NCBI GenBank assembly: GCA_051942205.1
Contig: JAVECO010000053.1
Location: 62,001-124,166, forward strand
Length of the DNA stretch: 62,166 nt
From: Coniocarpon cinnabarinum
Lineage: Eukaryota
Reading direction: 5' to 3'
The translations under genes and the position numbers were made by a program. Positions 1 through 12,670 of this stretch are shown here, in pieces; position 1 is the first letter of the stretch; every line of letters starts with the position of its first letter. The notes beneath the pieces were generated by a model. The model saw only the letters and a program-made list of their open reading frames with translations, was not told the DNA's origin and did no database searches.

Positions 1-1
1 G

Positions 2-1128
2 TACAAGGGCAAAAAGATCAACAAAGGCATCAGCCACCCTACAACTGTTTCCCCAAGCTCCTACGTGACCCCCTATACGCCTTTGGTCTCCGACGTTGAA
101 GAAGCTGCCACCGCTCTGAAACCTGGAGAAGTCGTCAAGATACAGCTCGGCGCTCAGATTGATGGCTTTGGCACTATAGTCTGCGACTCGGTCATCATAC
201 CCTCTACCGACCACGCACATGAAGATGGCAAGATCCCATCGCGACAGGCGGATCTGTTACTGGCGACGTACTGGGCCAATGAGCTGTTACTGAGGTTAAT
301 GGTGCCGCCGGGGCTACTGGTGCAAGGGTCTGACGAGGAGAAGGCCAAAGCTCAGAAAGAGAAGCCACCGACTCAAGCTCGAATCACGCAGCTGCTCGAA
401 AAGGTTGTTCAAAGCTTCAACTGTAACTTGGTCGAAAGCACGACCTCGTGGCTTTTCGAGCGGAATGAGATCGAGGGCTCCAAAAAGATCATCCTTGCGC
501 CGGGCGAGGGCGTCAAGGGGGATGGCGTTCCTGAAGTTGGCGAAGTCTGGGGAGTTGAGATGGGTGTCAGTCTCGGCACGGGAAAGTGTAAGACGCTCGA
601 AAAGAGGCCTACACTTTTGCGAAGAACGACGACCACGTATCAGCTAAAACGACCAAGTTCACGGCAAACTTTGTCGGAGATTGTGGAAAAATTCAAGACT
701 TTCCCATTCAGCTTACGGCAGCTCAACGATGAGCGCGCGGGCAAGGTCGGTGTTCTTGAGTCAGTCCGCGCCGGCGTCTTGCGGCAGTATGATCCCGCAG
801 GTGACAAGGACAACGAGCCTGTGGGTAGGCTTTTGACTACTGTCGGTAAGTAATGGCCTGCTCTTGCTTTGGCAGGATAGCCGATGTCAGTGTGGGTGCT
901 GATAATCTCCAAGCTATCACCAAGAACGGTATGCAGATCCTTGCCGGGGCCCCCAAGCCTGACTTGAGTAAATTCGTCACGGATGACAAAATTCGAGACG
1001 AGGAGGTCTTGAAAGTTTTGGAGAGACCTCTTGCCCGCAATACCGGCAAGAAGAATAAAAAGAAGAAGAAACCAGCTAAGAAATCGCAGCCGGACGAAGC
1101 AGAAGAGAGCAGTGATGAAAGCGATTAG
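2..1128 (+). CDS. cdb4: Curved DNA-binding protein / EBP1-PA2G4-like (peptidase M24 fold), 5'-truncated by window edge
   Basis: Frame open from base 2 (YKGKKINKGISHPTTVS...VKIQLGAQIDGF...YQLKRPSSR...FPFSLRQL). Predicted intron 846-913 (GTAAGT..AAG) joins TV-A-ITKNG. Lys-rich and acidic C-terminus, stop 1126-1128. Confidence 0.85.
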
Positions 1129-2405
1129 ACAAGCCTATGCGGCAAAATTTGACATTCTAGCAAACGCCAGCCGCTGCCTATGGTCGTGCCAAAGGAACAT
1201 ACGACTCTTGACATTGACGTGAAGTGGATCAGAATTTCCTGACCCCACTTGCATGTCGTTCTGGGATGTCCAAGGCAAGCGCAAGCATGCAGGTCCTTGT
1301 CGTACACATACGCACTATCCTCAGTACATTGCTCCTTGGTTGTCACCTGGGCAGAGTACGAAGGAGAAGTCGCTGCGAAGCGGCTTAGCAGCAATGAAAG
1401 CTGCTAAAATCACTCATTTTCTCCCGTGTAGTCATGTATGTCTCTGGTAAGTAGGCTGTGCTCTCTTATCTGCCGCCGTTCTTGATTGCACCTCTGATTC
1501 ATCGATCCAACTTTATCATGACATTTGTCAGGACGTCATTTTGCACATGAAGATTGAAAAATTCAAAGTGGCTCAGAGTCAGCTTGACAGATGCGTTACG
1601 GTGCTAGCTGATTCGAATCAGCATTCCTTAGTTGCACCCTGAGTCACAATATCTTCCAAAGCTTGTGGCCCTGAGCCAACGCGCAGGCACCACAGCGAGT
1701 CAGCCACGGATGAATATTTTGGCACATGCTCAAGGGCCCTGTCCTGAGCTGTGACTCTTCAAGCCATAGTTTGCGACAATCATTTGCAGTCGTAAAGTTT
1801 GGGGCAGCGGCACAGGCGGCAACCTTTAGACTAAAGCCTTGCCATCAGATTAGCACCTTATGGCTGATGGCAGTGTCATACTATGTGGACCTGTTCGAGG
1901 TGACAGTGCAACGGCAGATCTGGGGCAGGCAGAGGCGAAGGGTGGCGCTGTCATGTGTCAATGCACAAAGCAGGTAGCCCAATCTTATGAACACACTTGT
2001 TGACACACGCGTCTTGCCTCTGCCTTGTCGCGCTTGTAATCCCGGCCGCGAGTACTTAATTTATGAGGAGGCCCGTAATACTCATGAAACACTTCACATT
2101 GATGAGACTTGCCCCCATTTCTGTGTCGAATATGAGAGCGTAGTAGCGAGTCGACACGAAAGGCTCACCAGCTCACGTTGGAGTGGGAAGTGGTCCGTGC
2201 ACGTGCAAAAGGGGGCATCTACAGGAGGCTCTCCTTTACCAGCCTGACCATCATATCCAAAGCGCGTCGAGATACTGCGATCGCGCTCCGTCGCAGCATT
2301 GCTGGCGGTTTGTAAGTAAATGCCCAACCCATCTTTGAGACCGAGAAAGACGCGTATCGCCTAGACTGACACCTCTGAAGCGCGAACTCGCCATCGCAGG
2401 ACACG

Positions 2406-5400
2406 ATGGCGGTTCCGAACCAAGAGCCATGGCCGCCACCCCGAGCATCTCCTCCGATAGACCCACTGCTGAGCGACTCGCCAGTCTTCTCCTCAGATCC
2501 GCCGGGTGACAGAGATGTTGTATTCTCGCAGACAGGATGGCAAGAACCGCCGTTGCGGCCATCGCAGCCCTCGTTCATGGATCACGGAGGTGATAGGGTG
2601 GGCGTCTTGGAAGGCATGATGCCCTTGGGCACCCAACCCACGTCTCGGGCGAAGGCAAAGGCAAGGGCAGATCCGGTCAGAAGGGCAATGCACACACGGG
2701 CGCAGGAGGGCATGATGGTGATGGATGATCTTATGACGACTCCGGACCAGTCCAACGCCGAAGATAACACGCGCGCAACGTCCATGATGGCCGAAGAGCA
2801 ATCAAGAACAGACACATCACAGACGGGTGATAACTTCAGACCAGTGCAGCAGCTGGATGTTTCATCTCCGGTTGCTGAGCTTGGTGCGAGAGCAGGTGAA
2901 GAACAGTTGTCCATGCCAACCTCGTTGGCTCAACCACTGTCACCTTTTCCACCTTCATCTGCGACTCAACCGTCACCTGGATTCCCGCATCCCGCTCATC
3001 CGGCCTTTCTCTCACCTCCGACATTCTATGGCAACTCTCCGTTTTCATTTGATCATGGTGCACTAGCTCCGCCAGGTCCGCCTATTCAATGTTTCGAACA
3101 CGGCATAAGGACCGCTATCAGCCGAAGGCCGGATCTGCACAGCGCTATAGATGCTATTTATGCCGCTGCTATAGGCGACCCTGACTTCAAGATGCTGCTT
3201 GCCCTAAGGGCTCAGATTCAGGGAGCTACCCCAGAGCAAGCCAAGGCGCTGCGGCGGAAAATCCGAAGACTGAAGAAGGTCTTCCATGAGGGCCAAACCC
3301 GTCTGCAGAAGTCCACTTCGGGCGAAGCTGACAAAGAGTCACCTCCTCCGAATCATGTCGATCCCCAGCCTGCTCAACCCCCTCACAATCCTGAAACTCC
3401 TGCAGCTCCTGACCAGCTGCCTCCACAGCCCACCAGTACAGTCCCTACCCCAACACCTCCACCACCTGCACGACCCAGAACTCCCACTCTCAAACTGACC
3501 TTCAACGTAAAAAATCGCCTCCAACCTTCCGTCACCTCACGCACAACTCGCTCTCATACACCACAGCCAACTGCATCGCCTCTACGGCAGTCCACTAAGT
3601 TCGAAGAACAAGTCGCCAGACCTAAACGAAAGCCAATGTCATCATCTCATCAGGCCGGTGGCGAGAGTGACTCTGACCTCTCTTCGGTGAATCAAGATAT
3701 CACCGAACAGGATCAATCTACATTTCTCAAGTAAGTATCGTTCTTCATTGTCCGCTCCTCTTGGCAGGAACCGTTTGCTCACAACGTCCCAGTACCGGCA
3801 ACGATCGACACCTTCGTGGTCACAAACGAAAAGCCAGTCAGGATTTAGCTGAGCTGCCAGACGAGACCACCGCGAGAGTCAAACGACCGTCACATCGGTC
3901 ACCCAACGAATTCGACGATCGTCGGCAACGCTATGATCGCAGCATCACGACTGACACTGACTTACACAAAGATGGCCTTGTCTCGCAAAGCAGTCTCCGT
4001 CCCGAGCTGAGTGATGCCAATCGCATTCAAGACTTCATCACGCCTCTCTCATCGCCGGACAAGTCGAGGCAAAAGCTTAAGACTCCCCTCGCTCATCTCG
4101 ACCCCGCTGCCGATGCTTCTTCCGCTCTCACAGAGCGACCCGTGCCGACTGCCTTGGGTCGTCCCAAGAAAGTCAAAACGCCGAAGGTCAAGACTCCCCG
4201 CAAGATGGGCGTCGACCCTCAGCGACGTGTCGTTCTTGCGGGACGTCCTGAGCTCCATGACAATAATCGTCGTAGCTCTGGCAACGGCAACGGCTCAGGT
4301 GGGTCGTCCAACGCCACGTCTGCAGCGGATAATAGCGACTACTGTGCGGCGTGCGGTGGTGAGGGGTATCTCGTCTGCTGCGATGGACCGAACTGCAAGC
4401 GGTCTTTCCACTTCAATTGCGTCAGTCCTCCGATCCAGGACATCGCTCAAATCGGCGAGAGCTGGCACTGTGATGACTGTCGGGCTCGGATCCAGCGTGA
4501 GGAAGCCGACAAGCTGTGGGACTATGTCGCCCCGGAGGATTCACTCTTTGGTCCCCTCCTCCAAGCCCTCACCCACAAGAACCCTCAAGCCTTCGCACTC
4601 CCCGAGGAACTTCGTCATCACTATCCTGAGGTTGCGACCGGCGCCAATGGCGAGTATCTGGAGGCGCATCTATCGTCTTCACGCTCAACGAATCGCCGCG
4701 GCGGCGCTACCGGGACTACCGCTGATCCTCCTTACGACTACTTCCGCACTCACGACCCCAACACCAACGAGCGCATCACCTGCCGTTCTTGCACAGAGCC
4801 AGCACGCCACCCCGACAGACCCATCGTCTCTTGCGACTACTGTTCCACCTCTTGGCACTTCGAATGTCTCGACCCGCCACGCTCTTACCACCCCCATAAA
4901 TACGCCAACGAAAACCGCCACCGCCAACTCTGGATGTGTCCACTCCACGTCGGCCACGACCTCACTCACATCGACGAGCTCGAACAAGACCGCGGCGTCC
5001 GTCGGTATAAACCCACGCATCGCATGCGCTTTCCCAGACAAGTGCAAACAGTCCGCAGTGCACTCACCAAGGGTGTGCAAAATAACGGCAACATCGACAT
5101 CACCTTCGACTCAGACGATGAATCTTATGACTCCGACGACTCCGAGCCCGAATACCCCATGGCCTCCCGCATCGCCCGTCGCCAACACGACAACACCGTC
5201 CGCTACTCCCTCTCCGACACGGACGTGGTCCTCGATTTCATCCACAAAGTCAAATCAGACAAAGTGGTTGCTCTGCAGCAGGACTACGTCGACGCCGTCA
5301 AGAATCTGAATGCGGCTGCCCGCATCGCGCGCAAAAGCGAGTACCAAGACCTCAAGAATCTGCGCTTGCTGGAGCAGAAACTGGATGAGCGGAGCCTGGG

Positions 5401-5752
5401 CGAGCAGCAGGCTGCGCTGAAGATGGTGCAAATGGCGGTCGGCGAAGAGGCGGGTGTGGGCCTCGGCGGTGAGGGTATCGGTGAATTGGTGAGGACGCTG
5501 ATCGCGGAGGCGCCGGACGCGGTCACGAAACCACGACCTGCTGCCCGGACCACGCGATCGAGTGCGCCGAAGGTGAATGGTGTCATTGGCACCCGCTCGA
5601 AGAACGCCGCGAAAGACAGCGAGAAGGGTCCTGAGTTGACGGATGAGCAGGCCGCAGAGCTGGAGTCGCTCTCCACGAAGCTGGAAGCGATCCTGGCACG
5701 GCATCGCTCGAAGCAGCGGGGGACACGGGGCAAGCGCTCCGCGGGCTCCTAG
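2406..5752 (+). CDS. Double PHD-finger chromatin protein (Rco1/Cph1-like)
   Basis: Two ORFs joined in frame by intron 3731-3792 (GTAAGT..CTCAC..CAG). PHD1 DYCAACGGEGYLVCCDG..C..FHFNC..WHCDDC; PHD2 CRSC..VSCDYC...WHFECLDPP..WMCPLH. Confidence 0.85.
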
Positions 5753-6511
5753 GACGAGCCCGAGTCCTCGACGGGACACGATAACAGCGCGCGTGCTGGC
5801 AGTGAGACGACGGTCGTTCTGCGGCTTGCTGCGCCGAAGGCTCCGGGGATTTCGTTGACACTGCCGCAATCGACGCATTCTGGTGACCAGCTCTCGACAA
5901 CGGGCTCTGCGCCTAGTCTTCGTCGATCGAACAGGAAGTCGAAACCGTCTCATAAACGAGCGGCTCAATTCTCTGATGTGGTGCCGGAAAGTGATGAGAA
6001 CTGATCTCATTCCAGTTGATGAAAAAATGGTGTGACGTGGTGTGGTATGGTATGGTTGGCCGTGGTATGATATGAAATGGAAGGACAGAGGATGGCAAAA
6101 TGGCAAAATGGCATACCCAATTGTTGTTGCATCAGCGACGGCGTTTTTCGTTTCATTGGCGGAGACGCGCACTCCACGTTTCACCCATGCATGCCAGAAA
6201 AGGGAATTCTATGGGTGTTTTTCCACTTTTGATGGCCGTGCGCATTCGCTTCGTTGTATAGCTATGTAGGAATATCAGAGTTCCATGCCGTTTTCAAACG
6301 GCTCAAGTAGTGAAATCGCACTTGTTCCATGCTCTTCACGTTTACAATCATGCTCGGGGGATGACTTTTCGTGCGATCGTGATCCTGCAGGTTCGTGGTA
6401 GTAGATGCATTACGTGCGCGTATATGGCTTGACATCAAGCTTCCATTCCCATACTCAGGTTACATGAATAGTCTATATTCCTCTTCTATTAGTCGTATAT
6501 ACAAATGCATA

Positions 6512-9109
6512 CTACGCCACGATCCGCCTCTCACAGCCTAAAATCCGCCTCACTCCCATCTCATCCTCTTCGATGCCTCGCTTTTCCAGAGCTTGCCAAA
6601 TCGAGGGATGCTCGCTTAATGCCCAATCTTCAATCTCTTGCTGTTGGACGACGCCTCGCGCTGCGTTGAAAACGCACGCAATGCAATGTTCCATCTCTGC
6701 ATCGCTGAGCGTATACGTCTCCGTTGTTGCTCCCTGTTCCCTCGCTGATCCGTTCGCTTGATCTCGCCGCCTCACTTCCGGATCCGCAGTCTTACCCTCC
6801 GCCATCGCACTTGCAATCCCAGCGCGAGCCGGTTCATCATCCACGTCTCCGCTCTTGCCCGCCAACACCCCAGGTAGACTCCGCAAGACACCCCAGCACT
6901 CCTCAGTGAGTCCATTCGCGCTCAGAGCCCCCAAATACGCCCCCGCCAACTCAACATTAATCTCCACATCGCCCTTCACAAGCCGTTCCCAAATGCGGTG
7001 CGCGCTTTTATATCCCCAGCTCGTGCGCTCGCACGCCCAGAACGCGGCGTAGAGACTCTCGTAGCTCGGACCCTCCGGACTGGCCGCGACCTCTTCCCAG
7101 AACTCGAGAGCGCGCCAGTGCGCTCCGCATGCTGAGTAAGCGAGCATGAGGCTGTTGCGGAGTTGGGTCGAGGGCTCGACGTCTGTGTCCAGTTTGAGCA
7201 TGTTATGCAGGACCTCCAGCGCTTCGGGTTCCGCGTTGTGCGCGATGCCGATGAAGGCATCAACGTATGTGCTGTGGTCTGGCCTTGTGTTCGCGCGGGA
7301 ATGGCGCGCCATGCGAGTAAAGACATGGGTTGCTAGATCCGGACGACGGCGCTGAAACATCTGGTTCATGAGGTGCTGGCGGGGTTCGCGGGCGGTTTCG
7401 AGATCGAACACTTGGTGGAAGATCATGTAGGTGTCCCAGACGCGGGCGGTATCGGAGGCTGGATCCAGACAGGTGGAGAGGAGGAGGTCGCGCAGCATGA
7501 TGCGGTCGGCGGTGGAGTATTGGTAGGCGTAGGTTTGGAGGAGGTCGACGAGCTCGAAATACTCGTCGCGGCGTAAATGGTAGGCGCAGAGGGTGGCGAC
7601 GGTGGCGGCGGGGAATAGAGTCTGGCGATCTGAGAGGTCGGCCACGAGGCCCATGATGGTATCGTGCGGGATCTTGGAATCCGTCGCGAAGTGCTGCGTC
7701 AGGAGGTTCATGACGTCCCAGTCTTCGTTATTGGTGATGGGTTGATCGCGCAGGAGAGCATAGGATGAGAGAGCCCCAGGAAGGTCGGAGGCCAGGAGAC
7801 GATATCGGATCTGGTGGATGTACGTTTGCGCGTCGAAAGGCGTGTGGTACCTTTGCGCCAAAGCAAAGATGCGCTCGGCAGTGTAGGGGTCTGCGACGGA
7901 TATCGCATGATCAAGGAGCGAGTTGACGGCGGCAAGGGAAGGATGCCAGTCTTTCAAGGGATCTGGAGCAGAGCTGCGTTGGGCGAAGACGGCGAACATG
8001 CGGTCAAGCTCGTCGATGGATTTGCCAGAAGAAAGCGCGCCGAGAAACATGGCTTCCTGATCCAGGTCACCGTCTCGTGTCTGGAGGATAGACTGCGCCC
8101 ATGCCATTTGCTTGGTGCGCAAGCAGAAAGAGAAAAGCTCCTTGCGTACTTCAGCATTCGTATACCATGTAAGTCCCTGGGCAGTAGTCGCGAGCTCAAC
8201 GGCTTTGGATGTGGCCCATCGCTTGGTTTGGTCAATGTTGTCCCTGCGTGCGTAAAATATGAGGAGGCTTGCGTAGACATTTGCGCTATTACCAGCCCCT
8301 TTAGCTTCGAGCCGTTCGAGTATGCGCAGCATGTCTGACTCATTGTCTTCCTTCGCGTAGCCATCTAGTAGCCGGGGCCATAGACGATTGGCGAGGTCAG
8401 ATAGATATGAGTCTTTGCGATGGTCTTGATTTCCAAGGTTGTCCAAAAGTTCCTCAGCTCTAGCGGTCTGCATCGTCCGACAAAGAAAGGATACCATTCG
8501 ATTCACGAAGTCCGAGTGCTGCGCCCGCCTGGCATGATCCTCTTCAACGTTGATCGGTGCTTTGAGATGTGATGTGGCCGCCAGCCACCTTTCGTATACT
8601 AGCCATATGAGCTCATTGTGCACCGGGGAGAGTTTCTCGGTGGGAGTGCTGCTGATCACCATCATTGCATTGAAATAGTCCTGCACACGCAGAAGCTGCT
8701 TTTCCCTTTTTTCGCAGTCTCCTTCGATCACCCTCAGGGTTTGTAAGACCTGAGTGGCGTGAAAGTCTTCCATAGGCATCTTTTGCTTCTTCTTGGCTCC
8801 CATGAACGCATTGAAAGCGGCGACGAGATCCTCCGTCGGCGGATAGCGCGCAATGAGGTGTATTCGCTTGTCTAGTTGCAGCATCTTGCTCATCCCTGGA
8901 TCAAGGAGTGGCTCTCGCAGGTCGCGCTGTTGTGGCTTTTCGTCGAAGAGGCCAAGTAACGTCCGTTGCTGCGGCCGCAAAATGAGCGCGCGTCCATGAT
9001 GAGGCCATTGAGGGCGCAAACGCGCAGTGTGCAGGCTGTGGCTGTGTATGACCGGGTCCTGACTGCACAGGAGGCGTCTGAACACGCTCCTCGTGAGGTA
9101 TGAGCGCAT
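6512..9109 (-). CDS. cia84: Mitochondrial complex I intermediate-associated protein 84 (PPR-like)
   Basis: 865-aa intronless ORF with Arg-rich presequence (MRSYLTRSVFRRLL). Motifs TARVWDTY, RRRPDLATHVF, HNMLKLD, NSLMLAY and SPEGPSYESL match the family as I recall it. Confidence 0.85.
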   Translation of the reverse strand: MRSYLTRSVFRRLLCSQDPVIHSHSLHTARLRPQWPHHGRALILRPQQRTLLGLFDEKPQQRDLREPLLDPGMSKMLQLDKRIHLIARYPPTEDLVAAFNAFMGAKKKQKMPMEDFHATQVLQTLRVIEGDCEKREKQLLRVQDYFNAMMVISSTPTEKLSPVHNELIWLVYERWLAATSHLKAPINVEEDHARRAQHSDFVNRMVSFLCRTMQTARAEELLDNLGNQDHRKDSYLSDLANRLWPRLLDGYAKEDNESDMLRILERLEAKGAGNSANVYASLLIFYARRDNIDQTKRWATSKAVELATTAQGLTWYTNAEVRKELFSFCLRTKQMAWAQSILQTRDGDLDQEAMFLGALSSGKSIDELDRMFAVFAQRSSAPDPLKDWHPSLAAVNSLLDHAISVADPYTAERIFALAQRYHTPFDAQTYIHQIRYRLLASDLPGALSSYALLRDQPITNNEDWDVMNLLTQHFATDSKIPHDTIMGLVADLSDRQTLFPAATVATLCAYHLRRDEYFELVDLLQTYAYQYSTADRIMLRDLLLSTCLDPASDTARVWDTYMIFHQVFDLETAREPRQHLMNQMFQRRRPDLATHVFTRMARHSRANTRPDHSTYVDAFIGIAHNAEPEALEVLHNMLKLDTDVEPSTQLRNSLMLAYSACGAHWRALEFWEEVAASPEGPSYESLYAAFWACERTSWGYKSAHRIWERLVKGDVEINVELAGAYLGALSANGLTEECWGVLRSLPGVLAGKSGDVDDEPARAGIASAMAEGKTADPEVRRRDQANGSAREQGATTETYTLSDAEMEHCIACVFNAARGVVQQQEIEDWALSEHPSIWQALEKRGIEEDEMGVRRILGCERRIVA

Positions 9110-9899
9110 TTTTTGTCCAACGTTGCTAGAAATGACCTTGCGCGTAGTTCATGCTGTCTATATCGTCAATTTTGTCGGCTTCTCGAGCTCATTTCTGAAG
9201 ATTGGAGCTGGATCCATTGATATTGGGTTTCAAAGACGTCAGAAGCTTGGATAAAGTAAATTCGGAAAGTCTGGGCACAGTGGAGCGGAGATATCCACCC
9301 CGCCGGTCTCACTGTACTCCTCGCACCGCTTCATTTTCTGGCACGCCTACAAAACTTGATTTAATATCGGAGCCTTGTTCTTAACATACTTGACTATTCA
9401 TCTTGGTGAGCTGAAGGTCTAAAAATGCATTCGAGGGGCCGCGGGGGTTAAGACGGTGACTAGATTGCCGGAGCCCCGGCGTGCATCTAAGTGGTAGTCA
9501 CAGTCGCCGGATCATCGAAGTGCACATTCAATCAAAACGTTACTGTGAGAAGCTTTGGCCGTAATAATCCTTTTAAGACTTCGAGCCATCTGCGTTTTGC
9601 TATTTGTACTTATACGCACATTTTATGCGTCAGATCCGTAAGAGACATACAACTTCTCTTCCAGTGCAAGAGCGTGATGAGCTTGCAAGGGCGTTGGTGA
9701 CGCCCCCTTTGCCCTTGACTTCGCAATCTAGAGGTAACAGCAGCGTTTCAGCGAGACGAGAGCTGTAAAGTGATCACGCCTCGGAAATTACCGTTACGTT
9801 CGCTAAGGGAAGACTTGGTGTTGAAAGAGTTAAAAGAGATTACTCTGCCAGCATCGATACCTTGGAACTCCTGAAACTACCAATATTTAAACCGTCATC

Positions 9900-11360
9900 T
9901 CACAACCTTCGGAAGTACCTGGTATTCATAACATCCTGTATCGAAAATCGGTCTTCTGTGCGATACTGCAGGCAGCCTCGGATAAGCTTCCACGCCTCCT
10001 GACGCTCTCGAAAGCCCATCACTCCTTTCGTAAGCTCTTGGAAACGGCGTTTAAGTGGCGGGTGCTCATCGATCTCCTCGTCGCTATCTCCAGGATCTAT
10101 CCTCTCAGGATCGCTCTTCCGCTTGGAAATTTCACGTTTCCATTTTTTTATGTAACGTGGCGGAGCAGGACCCAGTCCCATTTCAAATTGTGCCATCATT
10201 CTGTGCATAGTCACCGTGCGACTCCTTGGTGGGAAAATCCCGATACTGAAAGCCGACTGACTAGAATGGGAGTGTCAGCAGTGATATATAACATGCCACA
10301 GGTCTGATAGAAGGCTCTACCTACCCAGTTATGATTTGAAAGACCGCGCATCCATAGGCCCAGATGTCCACCTTCTCATCAATGTCGTACCTAAGCAGAG
10401 CCTCGGGTGATTGGTGACAAGGTGGAAGGTAGAGGAGCGATGGCTGCTCGCCAATATGAAACGCTTGCAGTATTGTCAACAAACGACGACGTCACGTGGG
10501 AAGTTGAGGTCAACTTACACCCGCCTAGGTCAGCTAGCTTCACACTGTCTGCGCCTTCTTTGACAGGGTCATACAACGGTTCACTTCTCATTATGTATGA
10601 TGGAGCTGGAAGGGGAACGCCTCTACCATCTAGGCTGCGAAGCGTGACACTGTCGCAGTTTTCTTTGCCTCGTTGCTGTTCGACTTTTTCTCTTGGGTAG
10701 CTGGAAAGGATGTCCGAGAAATCATGAATCGAGAGAAGCATATTCGAGAGCGTAAAATCACCGTGCAACAGCCCTTTCGAGTGCAGCGATTCGAGACCCA
10801 GCGCTCCGTCTCTGATGACAATTCTGGCCAACCAGGCTTCGTGAGGCCAAGACATTTGCAACATATCTAGACATGTTGGTCCCAAAGGCTCAAAAACTAG
10901 ACACAAATGCACTGCGTTGATTTCATATGGGCTGGGAAGCTCGAAAGTCTCATACAAGGTTACGATTTGATCGAATGGGCTGCGTTCTTGACCAGGATGA
11001 GTTTGGAATAGCTCGTGGTAGGCAGCTGATTCCGCGTTATCAGGATGAGATGCTCTTGCTTCAAGGAACTTCATTGCAACATAACGACTGTTACTATGTG
11101 CTAGTCAGCTAGTCAGGTCTTATGATATGACTTTACTGAGGGATGATGTCCACGAAACCGTGACCGGGTTGAGTGGAAGCCTTCACCTACTTTTTGTCCC
11201 AAGCTAACCAGACAGTAGCGTATTGTCCGTAACCGAGCTTTCTCTTGATATGAAATCGCTGGAATATTGTTTGATCCAACTCGACGGGGTAGTAGCCGCC
11301 GGCGACATAGTCCCTATAATTCTCGGCTGGGATGCTGTGCATTATATCGGGCATAGACAT
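9900..11360 (-). CDS. SRPK-like (CMGC) Ser/Thr protein kinase, 4 exons; start codon uncertain
   Basis: GGYYPV..KLGYGQYATVWLAWD, YVAMK, HLCLVFEPLG, HGDFTLSN, KLADLG, SPE, VDIWAYGC. Predicted introns 11094-11190, 10464-10518 and 10261-10324 give an uninterrupted frame. Confidence 0.85.
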
Positions 11361-12670
11361 TGTCTTGGAGGAGATTGCGTTCCGAAGTGTGCGCTTCACT
11401 ATGGTCAATAACGCCAGTATGGCCTATAAGTATGTTGATATGTCTTGGGAGACACAGGGGGAAAAGCGCGCTGTTGGGCCTGAGACATACGGAGTCACAG
11501 CGAGAATGGAAACCATCCACAGTGTCAAAGCGCAGATTTTTTGGATAGCCAGGGGGCAGACCAAAGGGTCCAATGTCCGCGAGTAGACCTACAATCGAAA
11601 CGTTGCTCACCAGGCCAAGTATTCGAGCAGGTGATCAGAGCGCCGTCTAAATCAAGGATGTAAAAGGGCGATGGGCGCGTGGTGGTGAGACCAGTGCGTC
11701 CTAAAGCGACTTCCGCATCTGCATCTGCAGAGGACACAGCACGAGACGAGATGATGCATGACCAATTTGAATGCGAACTAAGGACGATGAGGCGCAGCGC
11801 TGTAGGCATCCATGGTGGTATGTTGTAACGAATCTCTGAGTCATCTTCTATCTCGCTCGCCAAGCTAGGGTGCATCACATTTTCGATGGTGTGTATACAA
11901 GATGGCAATCGAATTTTGCTTGAATGCTTTCTGTAATCGAGGAAGAATGTGAGGGCTGCTCCGGCGCATCACATGCCTCGAAGACATTCGTGCACCTATC
12001 GTTTACTATACGTTCATGTTGTCATAGCTGACTAGGTACAATGAAATCAGGCTTCCGCACTTGCCGTGCAATGTTAAGCTTACCCTTCCATTGTAAATAA
12101 GCACCACGAAGTAAGTTCGTGCAAAGTGCGAGGGAAAGAAAACCTGTTACTGCTGAGGGGCCGACGTTCGTTTGTGCATGGCGTGTGCTGGAGTGAGCTC
12201 TTGTTTGGGGCCAGGAAGGGACGTAGCGAAATCATATGCCTAGCCAACACACAAAAGACGCCCTTGAGTCAAATGGAAGACGAAGAGCTCTCGGGCGACA
12301 GTACTGCTTGTGACCTGATTTACTGAGTGAAACTGCTGCTGTGAGCTAGCTAATCTCATGAAATATATCACACTTGCATCTTCGCGGAGAGGGTTGCTTC
12401 GCTGTATGCTAGAGCTGCCAGCTTGCGGTTGCCAAATCTGCGATGCGTGGTAGACGTTGCTGGTAATCAAGAGAAGACTGGGTTTGCGGGCAGGCTATGA
12501 CTGACAGTTGGGTGCAGAGCACTCCCGGGCCCTTGTTTCGGACACCCTGTAATTAACTCCGTCATACTCCGCGACTCAGGCTGAGAGTCTGCGTCTCTGC
12601 ACTTCAAGGTTCCTAATATTTAGACTCAGTCTTTTTACCGCTCTGATACTTCTCTTGTCAGAGTTCTAGA

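Noticed and set aside
4011..5309. 432-aa alternative-frame ORF within the PHD gene
   Set aside because: Thr/Ser/Pro-rich shadow expected from C-ending codon bias of the real frame.
6028..6112. TGGTR/ATGG 5-mer runs
   Set aside because: Ordinary low-complexity 3' UTR sequence.
5255..6184. 309-aa antisense ORF
   Set aside because: Antisense shadow of a GC-rich coding end; no motifs.
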